The notes below the pieces were generated by a model. The model was given only the letters and a program-made list of their open reading frames with translations. It was not told the DNA's origin and made no database searches. Made by a program: the position numbers and the translations under genes. From assembly GCA_963749495.1 (NCBI GenBank), contig CAVVMW010000018.1, positions 128,001 to 192,000 on the forward strand: DNA of 64,000 nt, given 5' to 3'. Positions 32,715 to 45,475 of this stretch are shown here, one piece after another. The stretch's first letter is position 1. Each line of letters begins with the position of its first letter. The stretch comes from an uncultured bacterium. GTDB taxonomy: Bacteria > Verrucomicrobiota > Verrucomicrobiia > Limisphaerales > UBA8199.

Positions 32715-33066
32715 TGATAAACATTAAGGGCGCTGGCGAAGCCGGGCGCCTCTCGGTATAAGAGCTGTCGTTGGTTAAGGCTAGTCGAACGACAAACACT
32801 CAACACCGAAAGGCAACCGACATGAAGAAAGTAATGGCTGGAATCAACGTGCATAGCAACAACGTTGGGATAGGCGTGATGGACACGGACGGCAAGAGGC
32901 TGGCGAACCGGAAGGTGCCCTGTGAGCTGAACCAGGTCGTGAGCTGCCTGGCGCAGTTCCGGAAACGGCTGGAACAGGTGGCAGTCGAGTCAACCTACAA
33001 CTGGTATTGGCTGGTGGACGGGCTGCGCGCGCTGGCCTATCCGGTGGTGCTGGCCAATCCGGCCGG
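32715..33066 (+). mobile_element. IS110-family remnant: non-coding left end plus N-terminal DEDD domain (CDS from 32822, truncated)
   Basis: AGINVHSNN..., AVESTYNWYWLVDGL and LANP motifs; cut off by TACGAAAATCGG repeats. Confidence 0.8.
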
Positions 33067-33069
33067 GAG

Positions 33070-33205
33070 CTACGAAAATCGGTACGAAAATCGGGGTCAG
33101 ATCTATACGAAAATCGGTATACGAAAATCGGCGAAAATCGTAAAATCGGGGTCAGATCTATACTTTGTTACAATGTGAGTCCGGAAACGACACGGGGTCA
33201 GTCCC
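33070..33205. repeat. TACGAAAATCGG / CGGGGTCAGATCT repeat cluster
   Basis: Direct tandem copies visible in the sequence. Confidence 0.7.
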
Positions 33206-33764
33206 GCATTTTCGCATGTTGCCGCTTTCTGATTCCAGGAGGCCAGCATGGGCGCCGATCCGAACGCGAGCGAAAACCAGAAAACCAGGGTCAAACCATA
33301 GCATGGAGCGGTTTTCATGTTGACGGAGCGGTCGGAGGCGAGCTACCGATGGCCGATGCCGCGGTGAATGGGAATGTGCTATTCAGAGCAAAGGCTAATA
33401 TGAAAATCTCATTGACCGACCGCTCGACCCCTTTCCGGTCACTTCCGAAGGGGAGAGGGAGAGGCGTCGGCACCCCTTGAACTTCCAGGCGTCTCTGGTT
33501 CCTCGAGCCGCTACGGACCATTCTCCCTCTCGCCATCGGATGGCGAGAGGGTTGGGGTGAGAGGTCTGCCCGCGGTGCTGCTCCCGCCTTCACTGAGAAG
33601 GTGTGAAAAAGTGCCAAAACGGGCATCGTCCATGAAAGCACCCCTCTGTTGTCCTGGGGATTTTGAAGATTTTTGCGGTCCTTGGCGCCCGAAATCAATT
33701 TTTTCACACCTTCTGAGGCCTTACCCGTCGCCTTACTCCCGGCTCACTTCCCAATGGCCTGGCG

Positions 33765-34932
33765 TCAAGACCCAAGCTCCTGGGCCTGTGCGCGCAGCCT
33801 GGCAACCAGGCTGGGCAGGCGCTGCAATGCGCACTCCACTTCGGCGGCCGCAGTATAGGTGCCGAGGCTGAAGCGGATGCTGCTGCGGGCTCGGGCGGCA
33901 TCGTGGCCCATGGCGGTCAGGACGTGCGAGGGGTCCAGGGCGCCGGAGGCGCAGGCCGAACCGCTGGAGGCGCAGATGCCGGCCTGGTCCAGCAGCAGGA
34001 GCAGGCCCTCGGCCTCGATGCCCTCGAAGGCGAGGTTGGTGGTATTGGGCAGGCGCGGTTCGGAGGCGCCGTTGCGGGCCGAGCCGGCAATGCTGGAGAG
34101 CACGCCCTGCCTCGAGCCGATCCCGCAAGGCGCGCACGCGTGTGCCCTCCTCGGGCAGATTGGCCAGGGCCAGTTGGGCGGCCCGGCCGAAACCGACGAT
34201 GCCGGGGACGTTTTCAGTGCCGCCGCGCCGGCCGCGCTCCTGCCCCCCGCCGATGAGGTAGGGGTGGTACTGTGTGCGGCGCTTGACGTAAAGCAACCCG
34301 GCGCCTTTGGGCCCGTGCAGCTTGTGGGCGGAGAGCGAGAGGAAATCCAGGCCCGATTCCCGGACATCAATATTGACCTTGCCGGCCGCCTGGACGGCAT
34401 CGGTGTGCAAGGGCACGCCTTTGGCCCGGCAGAGGGCGGCGATCGGGGCGATGGGAAAGAGGACGCCGGTCTCGTTATTGGCCCACATCACCGAGACGAT
34501 GGCGGTATCGGGGCGGATCGATTTGTCGAGCATGTCCAGGTCCAGGGCGCCCTGGGAATCCACCGGCAGCACCGTGAGGGCGCAGCCCTGCTTTTCGAGG
34601 CATGCGCAGAATTTCAGGACGGCCGAGTGCTCGACTGCGGTTGTGACCACGTGCCGCCGCTCGGGGCGCGCGGCCAGGGCGCTATGGAGGGCGGCGTTGT
34701 TGGCTTCGGTGCCGCCGCTGGTGAAGAGGATCTCCTGCGGGTCGGCATGGATCAAGGCGGCCACACGGACCCGGGCCTCGTCCAAGTGGCGGGCGGCTTC
34801 ACGTCCGAACCCGTAGGGACTGGAGGGGTTGCCCCACTGCTCCTGCAAGCAAGGCAGCATCGCCTCGATTACCTCGGGCGCAACCCGCGTCGTCGCGTTA
34901 TAGTCGAAATAACAGGACCCCGGTTGGGTCAT
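33765..34932 (-). CDS. Cysteine desulfurase (NifS/IscS family; frameshift near 34109)
   Basis: YFDYNATT, TSGGTEANN, HTDAVQ, SAHKLHGPKG and SSGSACAS. Confidence 0.93.
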
Positions 34933-34974
34933 AGCGCATTCAGAGTACCAGAAATCGGGGGGCGATCAATCTGA

Positions 34975-35139
34975 AGAATGACGAATGACGAATGACGAAT
35001 GACGAATGACGAATGGCGAATGACGAATGGCGAATGGCGAATGACGAATGGCGAATGGCGAATGACGAATGGCGAATGGCGAAGGACGAATGGCGAATGG
35101 CGAATGACGAATGGCGAAAGACGAATGACGAATGACGAA
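34975..35139. repeat. Heptamer tandem repeat (GAATGAC/GAATGGC), over 20 units
   Basis: Seen directly in the sequence. Confidence 0.95.
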
Positions 35140-35213
35140 GCGTTTTGAATTGAAGAACCGGTTCCCCTTGGGCTATCACGGGGGCAGCTATCACTGTGAC
35201 TGAACACCAAAGC

Positions 35214-37536
35214 ATGAAGACGACACTCCCCCGAATCCTGGCGTTGCTGGGCCTTGCCACCACAATGCAGGCCGCCGAGTTCCAGGTGGCCACCAATGGC
35301 AACGACGCCAACCGCGGAACCCGGGCCGCGCCACTGCGCACCATCCAGCGCGCGGCCGACCTGGCGCAGCCGGGCAACGTCATCACCGTGCGCCAAGGCA
35401 TCTATCGCGAGCGCATCAATCCCCCGCGCGGCGGCGATTCCGATACCCGGCGCATCATCTACCAGGCGGCGCGGGGCGAGCAGGTCGAGATCAAAGGCTC
35501 CGAGGTAATCAAGGGCTGGGTGAAGGTTCAGGAGGGTGTCTGGAAAGCAACGCTGCCCAACTCGTTCTTCGGCAGCTTCAATCCCTACAGCAACCTCATC
35601 CGCGGCGACTGGTTTGATCGCCGGGGCCGGGATCACCACACCGGCGCAGTTTATCTGAACGGGGAGTGGCTGACCGAGGCGGCCAAGCTCGACGAAGTGC
35701 TGATGCCCCCGGGAACTGCGCCGGCATGGCTCTCGCAAGCGGGCCAGGACTATCTGCTGAACGTGGCCTGGTTCCGGCCCGGCGAGGCCCCGGACAAGGC
35801 CCGGCAAATCCCGGCGAGCGGCTTTGCCGCCAAGAACGGCACGCAAAATGCCCCCTGCTCGGAAGGCGGCGAGTGCCTAGGCTTCATAGCTGCCGGCAAC
35901 TGGGTTCGATACGAACGGGTGAACTTCAACCAGCGCACCGAGCAGATGGAGATTCGCGCCGCATCGGCCACAGACGGCGGGGTCATCGAGCTGCGCCTGG
36001 ACGCCCCGGACGGGGAGGTGCTGGGAACGTGCCTGGTCCCGAACACGGGCGGGTGGCAATCGTGGTCGTCCTTCAAGACCCGGATCAAGCCGGTGAGCGG
36101 GGTCAAGACGCTATGCCTGGTGTTCAAGGCGGCCAAAGCCGCTGCGCTGAACCCGCGCTTGTGGTATGCCCAGGTGGACGCATCGAACACCACGATCTGG
36201 GCGCAGTTCAAAGGAGTCAACCCCAACGAGCAACTCGTCGAGATCAACGCGCGTCGGACGGTCTTCTACCCGGACAAGCCCGGCCGGAACTACCTCACCG
36301 TGCGCGGCTTCACCTTGAGGGACGCCGCCACGCCGTGGGCCCCGCCCACTGCCGAGCAAGTCGGCCTGGTCGGAACCCACTGGAGCAAGGGCTGGATCAT
36401 CGAAAACAACGTTATCAGCCACTCGACTTGCTCCGGCGTGGCTTTGGGAAAATACGGCGACCAGTGGGACAACACATCCGCCAACACCGCCGAGGGCTAC
36501 GTCAAGACCATCGAACGCGCCCTCCAGAACGGCTGGAACCCCCAGACCATCGGCCATCACGTCGTCCGCAACAACACGATTTCGCACTGCGAACAGGCCG
36601 GCATCGTTGGCAGCTTAGGCGCCGCTTTCAGCACCGTCACCGGCAACACCATTCACGATATCCACGTCCGGCGGCTCTTCTCCGGGGCCGAGATGGCCGG
36701 CATCAAGTTCCACGCCGCCATTGACACGACAATTCGGGGCAATCACATCTACCGGACCTGCCTGGGGCTCTGGCTGGATTGGATGGCGCAGGGCACACGC
36801 GTCTCGGGCAACCTCTTTCATGACAACGCCGGCCAGGACTTGTTTGTCGAGGTGGACCACGGGCCGTTCCTGGTGGACAACAACGTGTTCCTCTCCGGCA
36901 CGAGCCTGCTCGACATGTCCGAGGGCGGCGCCTACGTCCACAACCTGATGGCGGGCCGAATCGTCACCGGGCCGGAACCCAATCGCGTGACACCCTTCCA
37001 TCCGCCCCACTCGACGGCGGTGGCGGGACTGGTCAGCATCAAGGGCGGCGACAATCGTTTCTACAACAACATCTTCGTGGGCAATGGCGCTGCGGAGCCC
37101 CCCAGCCGGACAAACTCGGCGCGCCCGACCCCAGTGGCGGCCGGGGTTCGGCTTGTGGGTCTATGACACTCGGCAATTCGGGCTCCAAACCTGCGGGAAC
37201 CTCTTCTATAACGGGGCGTGGATATACGCCAAGGAAACCAATCCTGTCGGGCAATTTCACAAGGATCCCAACGTGAAGTTGGTCGAGAGGGGCGGCCGGT
37301 TCACGCTCCATTTCAAGCTCGGCCCGGAGTTCATTCAAGCTGCCACTCTGACCCTGCCCGTCACCACCGCGCTCCTCGGCAAGGCCAGGGTCTCGGGCGC
37401 AGCCTACGAGAACCCCGACGGCTCGCCGCTGAAGATCAACACCGATTACTTCGGCAAGAAGCGGAGCAAGACCCATCCCTCGCCCGGACCGTTCGAGACG
37501 ACTGCCACGGGTCCGATGACGCTGAGGGTGTGGTAG
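35214..37536 (+). CDS. GH120-like right-handed beta-helix glycoside hydrolase with inserted CBM6 (frameshift near 37143)
   Basis: [31 protein letters not shown] and [14 protein letters not shown]6-like NTGGWQSW segment. Confidence 0.8.
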
Positions 37537-37715
37537 CCGACAGAGGCAGCCGGCCGGGGCCCATGGGGGGTGCAGTTGTATCTAAATCGGAGCAACCAAC
37601 ATTGGCACACCCATGGGGATTCCGGACCTTCGTCGCAGCCTTTGTCGCAACCTTTGTCGAAGGCCCCAATTGTCAACAAAGGCCACGACAAAGGCTCCGA
37701 CAAAGACGCCGGAAA

Positions 37716-38603
37716 TCAGCCCGCAACCGGTTTTTTGAGGAGTTCGATGAGCCGCTTCATCGCCGGTGAGAGCACGCGGCTCTTCTTGTAGAGGAGGCCC
37801 ACGGGCCGGACACAGTTGCCGTTCTCCAGGCCCACGGCCACCAGGGTCCGCGCCTGGATCTCCTGCTCGACGGTGGTCTCCGGCACGATGGCAACGCCCG
37901 AATCGATCTCGACCGCCCGTTTGATCGTCTCAACATTGTCGAATTCCATCACCGAATGCACGGAGACGTGGTGCTCGCGGAAGCACCTGTCCAGGGCTTT
38001 CTGGGTGGGGATGTCCCGCTCGTAGGCGACGAACTTCTGGCCGTTGAGGGCCTTGATGGGGACGGTCTTGAGCCGGGCCAGGGGATGCTGGGGATGGCAG
38101 ATGAGGACCAGCGCGTCTTTGCGCAGCGGCACCATTTCGAGTTTGGAGTTGCGCACCGGGTAGGCCACGATCCCCAGGTCCACCACGTTGCCCAGCACGT
38201 CCTCGTACACCTGGTTGGCGCGGCGATATTCCACGTGCACGTTCACGTTGGGGAAGTCCTTGAGAAACCGCTGGATGTACGGCGGCAGTTCGTGGAGGCC
38301 CACGCTATAGACGGTGGAGAGCCGGATTGTGCCGGAAATGATCTCCTTGAGTTCCTGCAACCGGCCGCGCAGCGCGTCATAGGCCTGCAGAATCTCCTTG
38401 CTCGAATCGTACACCAACTGCCCCTCCGGCGTGAGCCGGAAATGCTTCTTGCTCCGCTCGACCAGCAGCGCCTTGAACTGCTTCTCCATCGAGCTGACCG
38501 TCTGGCTGACGGCCGATTGGGTCACCTGGTTGATCTGGGCGGCCTTGGTGAAGCTCTGGGTTTCGCTCAAGTCACAAAACACTTTGAGGCTCTCAATTTG
38601 CAT
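37716..38603 (-). CDS. LysR-family transcriptional regulator
   Basis: SFTKAAQINQVTQSAVSQ helix-turn-helix plus substrate-binding domain. Confidence 0.95.
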   Translation of the reverse strand: MQIESLKVFCDLSETQSFTKAAQINQVTQSAVSQTVSSMEKQFKALLVERSKKHFRLTPEGQLVYDSSKEILQAYDALRGRLQELKEIISGTIRLSTVYSVGLHELPPYIQRFLKDFPNVNVHVEYRRANQVYEDVLGNVVDLGIVAYPVRNSKLEMVPLRKDALVLICHPQHPLARLKTVPIKALNGQKFVAYERDIPTQKALDRCFREHHVSVHSVMEFDNVETIKRAVEIDSGVAIVPETTVEQEIQARTLVAVGLENGNCVRPVGLLYKKSRVLSPAMKRLIELLKKPVAG

Positions 38604-38655
38604 GAGCTTAGTTAATACCCACGAACATGGCGCCGTCAACAACAAATCTGCGCCC

Positions 38656-41600
38656 TCATGGCCCCCAGGGCCGCATGTCGTACCAGCGCAACTGGTAGAG
38701 GTTGGTATTCAGGCCCAGCGAGGTGGAGAGCACGTCGAGGTCGGCCTGCATCTGGAGGCTGGGAGCGCTGGTGGAGCGGCCGGAGATCATGATCAACTTG
38801 TTGTCCGGGCTGGGGATCATATTGGGGGAGCCCGAATCGCCGCCTTTCATGATCGGATAGATAAAGGGCGCGATCTGGGCGGAGCAATGGCCCAGGGCCT
38901 CCGTGGCGAAGAACAGGTAAGGCAAGTCCGGGGTATTCGCGTAATAGGTCTCGACGCCGGCCTCGGAGAGGGCGGACATCGGGGTGATCGAGGGGGGAAC
39001 GTCCTGGGTAAATGCCAGCAGCCCGTAATCGTAGAACACGCCGTTGAGGGTGCCCTGGCGGGTGAGTTGGGCCAACACGGTCATTTGGACGACGGTGTTG
39101 TCGGCGGCGCAGAACCAGACGCGGAAACCTGCCAGGTCCGTGCCCAGGCCGGGGCCGGGCAGGCCGTGGCCGCGGACATAGGCATGGCGGGGGGTGATGA
39201 GGGTGGCCGGGACCTGGCCCAGGGCGCCCTCGAACTCGTTGCACTGGGAGATGGCCGTGAAGCCGTCCATGCCGTAGAGCAGGCAGTTGGTGTTCCAGAC
39301 CAGGAGCGGCGGCACGTTGGGCCAGCCGTCCGGAAGGGATCGCTGTGTCCACATATCCATCGTCCGCCCGTTGGTGTTGGCGATGAAGTTGTTCCAGACC
39401 GCCAGGCGGAAGGGCGAGGAGGTGGGCCCGGAGAGGTCGGAGAGGCTGCGATAGTAGCGGGGTTGGGTTCCCGGCGGCAGGGTGTCGTCGTATTCGAACC
39501 TGCCCCACGAATCGGCCGTGGCCGTGCCGAGGGTTACCCAGTTTGTGCCGTTCGGGTCGTCGGAGGACTGGATGGTGTAAGTCCTCCATGGAATGCCGGT
39601 GAAGAGAATGCGGCAGGTCCCGTTGGTCTGGTCGATGAAGGTGGCCGTCTGGGCCGGGCCGGCGCTCAAAAGGGGCTGGAGCATGACGCTGCCCACAGAC
39701 TGGGCGCCAAAGGAGTCCTGGATCGTGTAGGCGAAGGAATCGGCGCCGCCGAAATTGGCCGGCGGTGTGTAGAAGAGCCAGCCGCCGCTCTGGCTGATCG
39801 TCCCGCCCTCGACGCTGGCGCTGGAGACGCCGTCGAAAACGATGGGATTGCCTTCCGGGTCCCAGTCGTTGGTCAGGAGATCGCTGATCGCCACTTTGGC
39901 CCCGCTGCTCGGGAGACAGTAAACGAGGAATGGCGGGGCGACGGGCGGGCTGTTGACGACCTGCGGCGGGTCCAGCACAGCCGTGGCCCCCTGGAATACG
40001 GTGTCGCCGCTATATGCCACCGTGACGGAGTGCTGGCCTGCGGAAAGCGGGTCTGGAGTGAAGCTGGCATTGCCCCCGGCCAGGGGAACGGCCGGGCCGG
40101 CCTGGGCGCCATCGATGCTGAATTGGACCGTGCCGGAAGGGTCGCCCAGGCCCGGGTCATCGGCCAGGACCGTGGCCGTGAAGGTGCTCGCAGTGCCGGG
40201 CAGAACCGGGTTGGCCGAGGAGGTGACGTAGAGGACTGCCGCCCCCGGGCCGCCGCCGGGTAGGAGGCTGAAAGCCCGATAAGCCAGCAGCCGGCTCGCC
40301 ATGGAGATGGCATCATCGAACCCGAAATTTCCCTGATCATCAGCCGTGCCGTAGATCACCCAATGCCAGTTCCCGTTCGTCAGACCCTCCTGAGACTGGA
40401 TCTTATAGGTTTTCCAGGGGAAGCCGGAGAGGCTGATATGGTTGGTCTGGGTGCCCAACCTGGCGATGCTCAACCGGCACGAGGTGTCACCGTTGACCTG
40501 GACGGTAACGGTGCCCGTGGCCTGGAGGCCGTACTGGTCATGCACCGTATAAGTGAAGGAGTCGGGGAGGCCCAAACTCGGCGGGGGCTGGTAGAAGAGC
40601 CAACCGTTGCTGGCCAGGACCGTCGCGCCCCCGGCGGTGGGGCTGCTGGCGCCATCGAAGGTGATTGTCTCCCCTTGGGGGTTGCCGGCGGCCAGCAGAG
40701 TGTCGATGCGCACCTTGGTTCCCTGGTCGGGCGCGCGGCGCAGGAGGTAATTGGTGGCGACTGGCGGCGAATGGATGATGATCGGGGAACTGAGGGCAAC
40801 GGAGGCGCCCTGGAAATTGGCATCCCCCAGGTACTGGGCGCCGAAGATATCGGAACCGGGCGGGAGGGTGTCGGTGGTGAAGGAGGTCTGGCCGGCACCC
40901 AAGGGGATAGGCGGGCCGTAGGGGGCGCCGTCGAGCAGGAACTGCACCGCCCCGCCCGGCGGCGCACAGCCCGGGGGCAGCGCTGCATAACTGAGCGTGA
41001 ACGTGAACGCGATCGGCACGTGCGGAAGCGCCAGGGTGGCCGAGGAAACCAGGGATGCGCTCGTTGCGGCCTTGGTGATGGTCAAGGTGCCGTCCGGGGA
41101 GGTCAGGGCGTAGTCAGGCAGTTTATTGCCCGGGTCGTAGAGGGTGGCGTGAATGGGATAATCGCCTGCGGGACTGGTGATAACGGCCAACGTTGCGAAG
41201 GAGGCGGTGATATTGTCCCCGTTGACCAGGCCGCGAATGGAGCCGGTCAGGAGAGAGTTGGGGGTGCCGTAGGGGCGGCTTTGGTTGTCCGCGGCGACGA
41301 GCAGCGGCGCCGGGGCGATGGTGAGCGTGCCGTTATTGGGGGTCACACTGTAGTTGGAGAGCGCGCCGTTCGGGTCAGAGAGCGCGATCGAAATAGGATA
41401 GGTTCCCACGGGACTGGCCGGGCCGGCCTGGAGCGAGAAGCTGGCGGTGATGTTTTCGGCGTTCTGCAAGCCGGTCACGGAGCCGGTCAGCACGGGGTTG
41501 GACGCGCCATAGGTTCGGGTCTGGCTGTCCGCGCTGACCGCCAGCGGGGCTGGCAAGACGGTCAGTGTGCCGGTGTTGGTGGTCACGCTGTAGTTGCCCA

Positions 41601-44600
41601 AGGCGTTGTTGGGGTCAGTGATCGTGGGCAGGATGTCGTAGGTCCCTACAGGGCTGTTGGTGTTGGCCAGGGTCCAGTAAACCGCCTGGATGTTGTCTGC
41701 GTTCTGCAGGCCGGTCAGGGAACCGGTCAGGGCCGGGTTGGGCGCGCCGTAGGTTCGGCTTTGGCTATCCACGTTGACGAGCAGCGGCGCCGGGCTGATG
41801 GTGAGTGTGCCCGGGATGTTGGTCACGCTATAGTTGGCCAGTCTGTTGTCCGGGTCGGACACGATGGCGGAAATGGGATAATCGCCGGGAAGGCTGTCGA
41901 TCCGGGCCGCCGTGACGAAGGCGACGGTGATGTCATCGTTGTTGACCCGGCCCCGCATGGAGCCGCTCAGGCTCGGATTGGGCGCGCCGTAGGGCCGGCT
42001 CTGGGAGTCCGCGCTGACGACCAGCGGCGCGGGCACAACGGTGAGGGTTGCCGGATCGATCTCCACGCTGTAGTCAGCCAGTTTGTTGTTCGGGTCATTG
42101 AGCGTTGCGACAATGTCATAAGCGCCGACCGGGCTGTTGGCGTCCGCTGCGGCGGAATAGGTTGCCGTGATATTGTCGCCGGGTTGCACGCCCGTGAGCG
42201 TGCCGGTCAGCACCGGGTTGGACGCGCCGTAGCTCCGGCTCTGGCTGTCCGGGGTTACCACCATGACAAACGGGCGGACCTCGAGCGTGCCGTTCGAATA
42301 GGTCAGCGTGTAATTGGTTGCGCTGAGCCCGTCCGGCACGATGGGGTAGGTGCCCGCCGGGCTGTTGGTGTCGGCCATGGTCGAAAAAACGAGCGTGCCG
42401 CCCAGCACGGAGCTGTCCTCATTGTTGAGCAGGCCTATGAACCTGGCGGTGAAGGGCGGGTTGGTCTGCCCAATGGCGCGGACGGCGTCATTGGCCTGCA
42501 CCACCAGCGGCGCCGGCGCGACGGTGAGGCGGCCCGGCAAATAGTCAATGGTGTAATTGGGAGCGGCCTGGCCGGAGACCTGTATCGGATAGACTCCCAC
42601 CGGGCTGTTGGTCTGGGCGGGGGTGCTGCCGCTCAAGGGGCCGGTGATGAGGCCGGCATTTTCGCTGTTGACAAAGCCGCTGTAGGTGGCGGTGAGCGGG
42701 GGGTTGGGTTGGCCGTAGAGCCGGGTCTGGTCATCGGCCTGGCCGATCAACTGGACCGGGGTAACGCTCAACACGCCCCGGTTGGTGGTGACATTGTAAT
42801 TGCCCAGCTTGTTGTCCGGGTCCGAGAGGGCGGCCTGGATGGGATAGCTTCCCACCGGGCTGGCCGAGTCAGTCAGGACCGAGAAGGCCGCCGAGATGTT
42901 GTCGCCATTTTGCAGGCCGCTGACCGAGCCGGTCAGGACCGGGTCGGGCGCGCCGTAGGCCCGGCTTTGATTGTCCGCGCTGACCACTAACGGCGCCAGC
43001 AGCACGGTCAGCGAGCCTATGGAGGCAGTGACGCTGTATTCGGCGAGTTTGCCGTCCGGGTCCGAGAGGCCGGCGATGATGGGGTAGGTCCCGACCGGGC
43101 TGGAGGGGGCGGCCAGGGTCGAGAAGGTGACCGTGATATTGTCCCCGTTTTGCACGCCCGTGAACGTGCCGGTCAGCGGCGGGTTGGACGCGCCGTAGCT
43201 CCGGCGCTGGCTGTCCGGGGTTACCACCATGACAAACGGGCGGACCTCGAGCGTGCCGTTCGAATAGGTCAGTGTGTAATTGGTTGCGATGAGCCCGCCC
43301 GGCACGATCGCGTAAATGCCCACCGGGCTGTTGGTATCGGCACTGGTGCTGAAGACCAATCCCTGCCCCAAGGTGGCGGGGTCGTCGTTATTGGCCAGGC
43401 CGATGAACGTGGCGGTAAAGGGCGGATTAGGCTGGCCGTAAGCCCGGTTGGTGTCGTTGGCGGCGACTAGCAGCGGCGCCGGCCCGATGGTGAGGCGGCC
43501 CGGCAGATAGCTGATGGCGTAATTCGGAGCGGCCTGGCCGGAGACTTGTATCGGATAGACTCCCACCGGGCTGTTGGTCTGGGCGGGGGTGCTGCCGCTC
43601 AATAGGCCGGTGATGATACGGGCATCATCGCCGTTGACAAAGCCGCTGTAGGTGACCGTGAATGGGGGGTTGGGCTGGCCATAGGGCCGGGACTGGTTAT
43701 CGGCCTGGCCGATCAACTGGACCGGGGTAACGCTCAACACGCCCCGGTTGGTGGTGACATTGTAATTGCCCAGCTTGTTGTCCGGATCCGCCAGGCCAAT
43801 GTTGATGGAATAACTCCCGACGGGGCTGGCGGCGCCAGCCAGGGTCCAGAATGACGCCGAGATGTTGTCGGCGTTTTGCAGGCCGCTGACCGAGCCGGTC
43901 AGGGCCGGATTGGGGGCGCCGTAGGCGCGGCTTTGGTTGTCCGAGCCAACCGCCAGCGGCGCCGGGGCGATGGTCAGCGTGCCCGGGTAGATGGTCACGT
44001 CGTAATTGGGGAGCTGGCCGTTCGGGTCCAACAGGCCGGCCATGATGGGATAGGCGCCGAGCCTGGTTGGTCACATCGGCCAAGGTCGTGCAAAGGGCCG
44101 TGATGGTGTCGCCCTGCCGCAGGCCCGCCAGGACGCAGGTCAGCGGCGGGTTGGTGGACCCGTAGGGCCGGGTTTGATTCTGTGCCGTGACCGTGAGCGG
44201 TTCGGCCAGGATGCGCAGCGTGCCCAAGTTGGTGGTGACGGTGTAGTTGGCCAGCCTGCCATTGGGGTCAACAATGGCCGGCACGATCGCGTAACTGCCG
44301 ACGGGGCTGGCGTCATTGGCCGGGGTGGAGAAGCTGGCCGTGAGATTGTCCACAGTTTGCGCGGGGGAGAGCGAACCGGTGAACGGCGGGTTGGGGTTGC
44401 CGTAAAAGCGGGCCTGGCTATCGGCGGTGACCGACAGCGCTCGAGGCCAGACATCCAGGCTCACCGCCGCCGTTGCCGAGGAGTAAGCGTTGGTGTTGTT
44501 CGGGATGAACGTCACCGACAGGGTCCGCCCCGTGCCGGCATCGAGCAGGGTCCCGGCGGGGGGATTATAGACAAAGCTGCCGGGGGCGCTGGCCGTGGCA

Positions 44601-45268
44601 TTTAACTGGCCGGCACCCAGGGGCGTGCCATAGACCATCGGCGCCGGGTTGGCCCACCCGATCGTGGTAGTCGTTTGGGGCATCCCGGTGATCTGCAGCG
44701 ACCAACTGTTCAAAGTGCTCAGGCCGCCGGGGTCCAGGTCCGCCAGGAACAAGACCCACGTGCCCGAGGCGGCAAGGCCGTTGAAGTTGGTGAGAAACGT
44801 GGTGCGGGGAGACGTGTCCAGGACTGCCGTCGGATCGACGAATCGCCCGTCCGGCTGCCAGGTCCCTGTGAGGGGCGAGCCTGCGGCCGGGGTGGCCACT
44901 TTTTCGTAGTTGTGGATGTCGTTGGCCGCCGAGTCGGAAAACGTCACGTCAAAACCGGAGTCAATGTAGCCAAATGGGCTGGTTGCCGTCCGCCCCACCC
45001 GGTTGAGCAGGACGGTCAGCCCGCTCTGGTGCTGGAGATAGACATAAAGGTCCCCGTTGAAATTGCCCGTGATCTTCAGGTGTACCTGCAACGACGTGAT
45101 GTAGGCGATGTCGGACGCGATGGTCCGGGTGTCCCGGACCCCGGATGGGCTGTAATCGGGGATGGCCAGGTTGACGCCCAGAAACGTGCTGGTCTCGGAC
45201 AGGTCGGCTTGAGCCCCGACTGCCGCGGCGGCCAGCAGCCCCGCGATCAGTCCCTTGCAGCGCTTCAT
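38656..45268 (-). CDS. Giant secreted protein: P-domain-like N-terminus, many MBG repeats, Ig-like domains and a C-terminal trypsin-like serine protease (frameshift near 44062)
   Basis: Signal peptide; repeated ADNQSRxYGxxNP...GxYPI...NY..GxL units; ATLITPRH..H, DYG and GGDSGSP catalytic motifs. Confidence 0.85.
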
Positions 45269-45475
45269 AAAGTCTCCCTCTCGGTTTGTGGTGCGATGGT
45301 GATGTTGTGAATCAACGCAGTCATAATTAGGTGCCTTGTGCAAATTAATAACAAATCCAGATTCAGTTGTCAGCGAGCATTCGGCCAGCGGAGCAAAAAA
45401 GCAAGAAGAACTTGACTTGCTCGGGCATTCTTGCATTGCCCGGCAGCCGGGATTCACGCAATATTGGCTGGTCTT

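Noticed and set aside
38398..42990. Long plus-strand ORFs (621 aa and 875 aa) and similar antisense ORFs elsewhere
   Set aside because: Shadow frames of high-GC genes on the opposite strand, with no recognisable motifs
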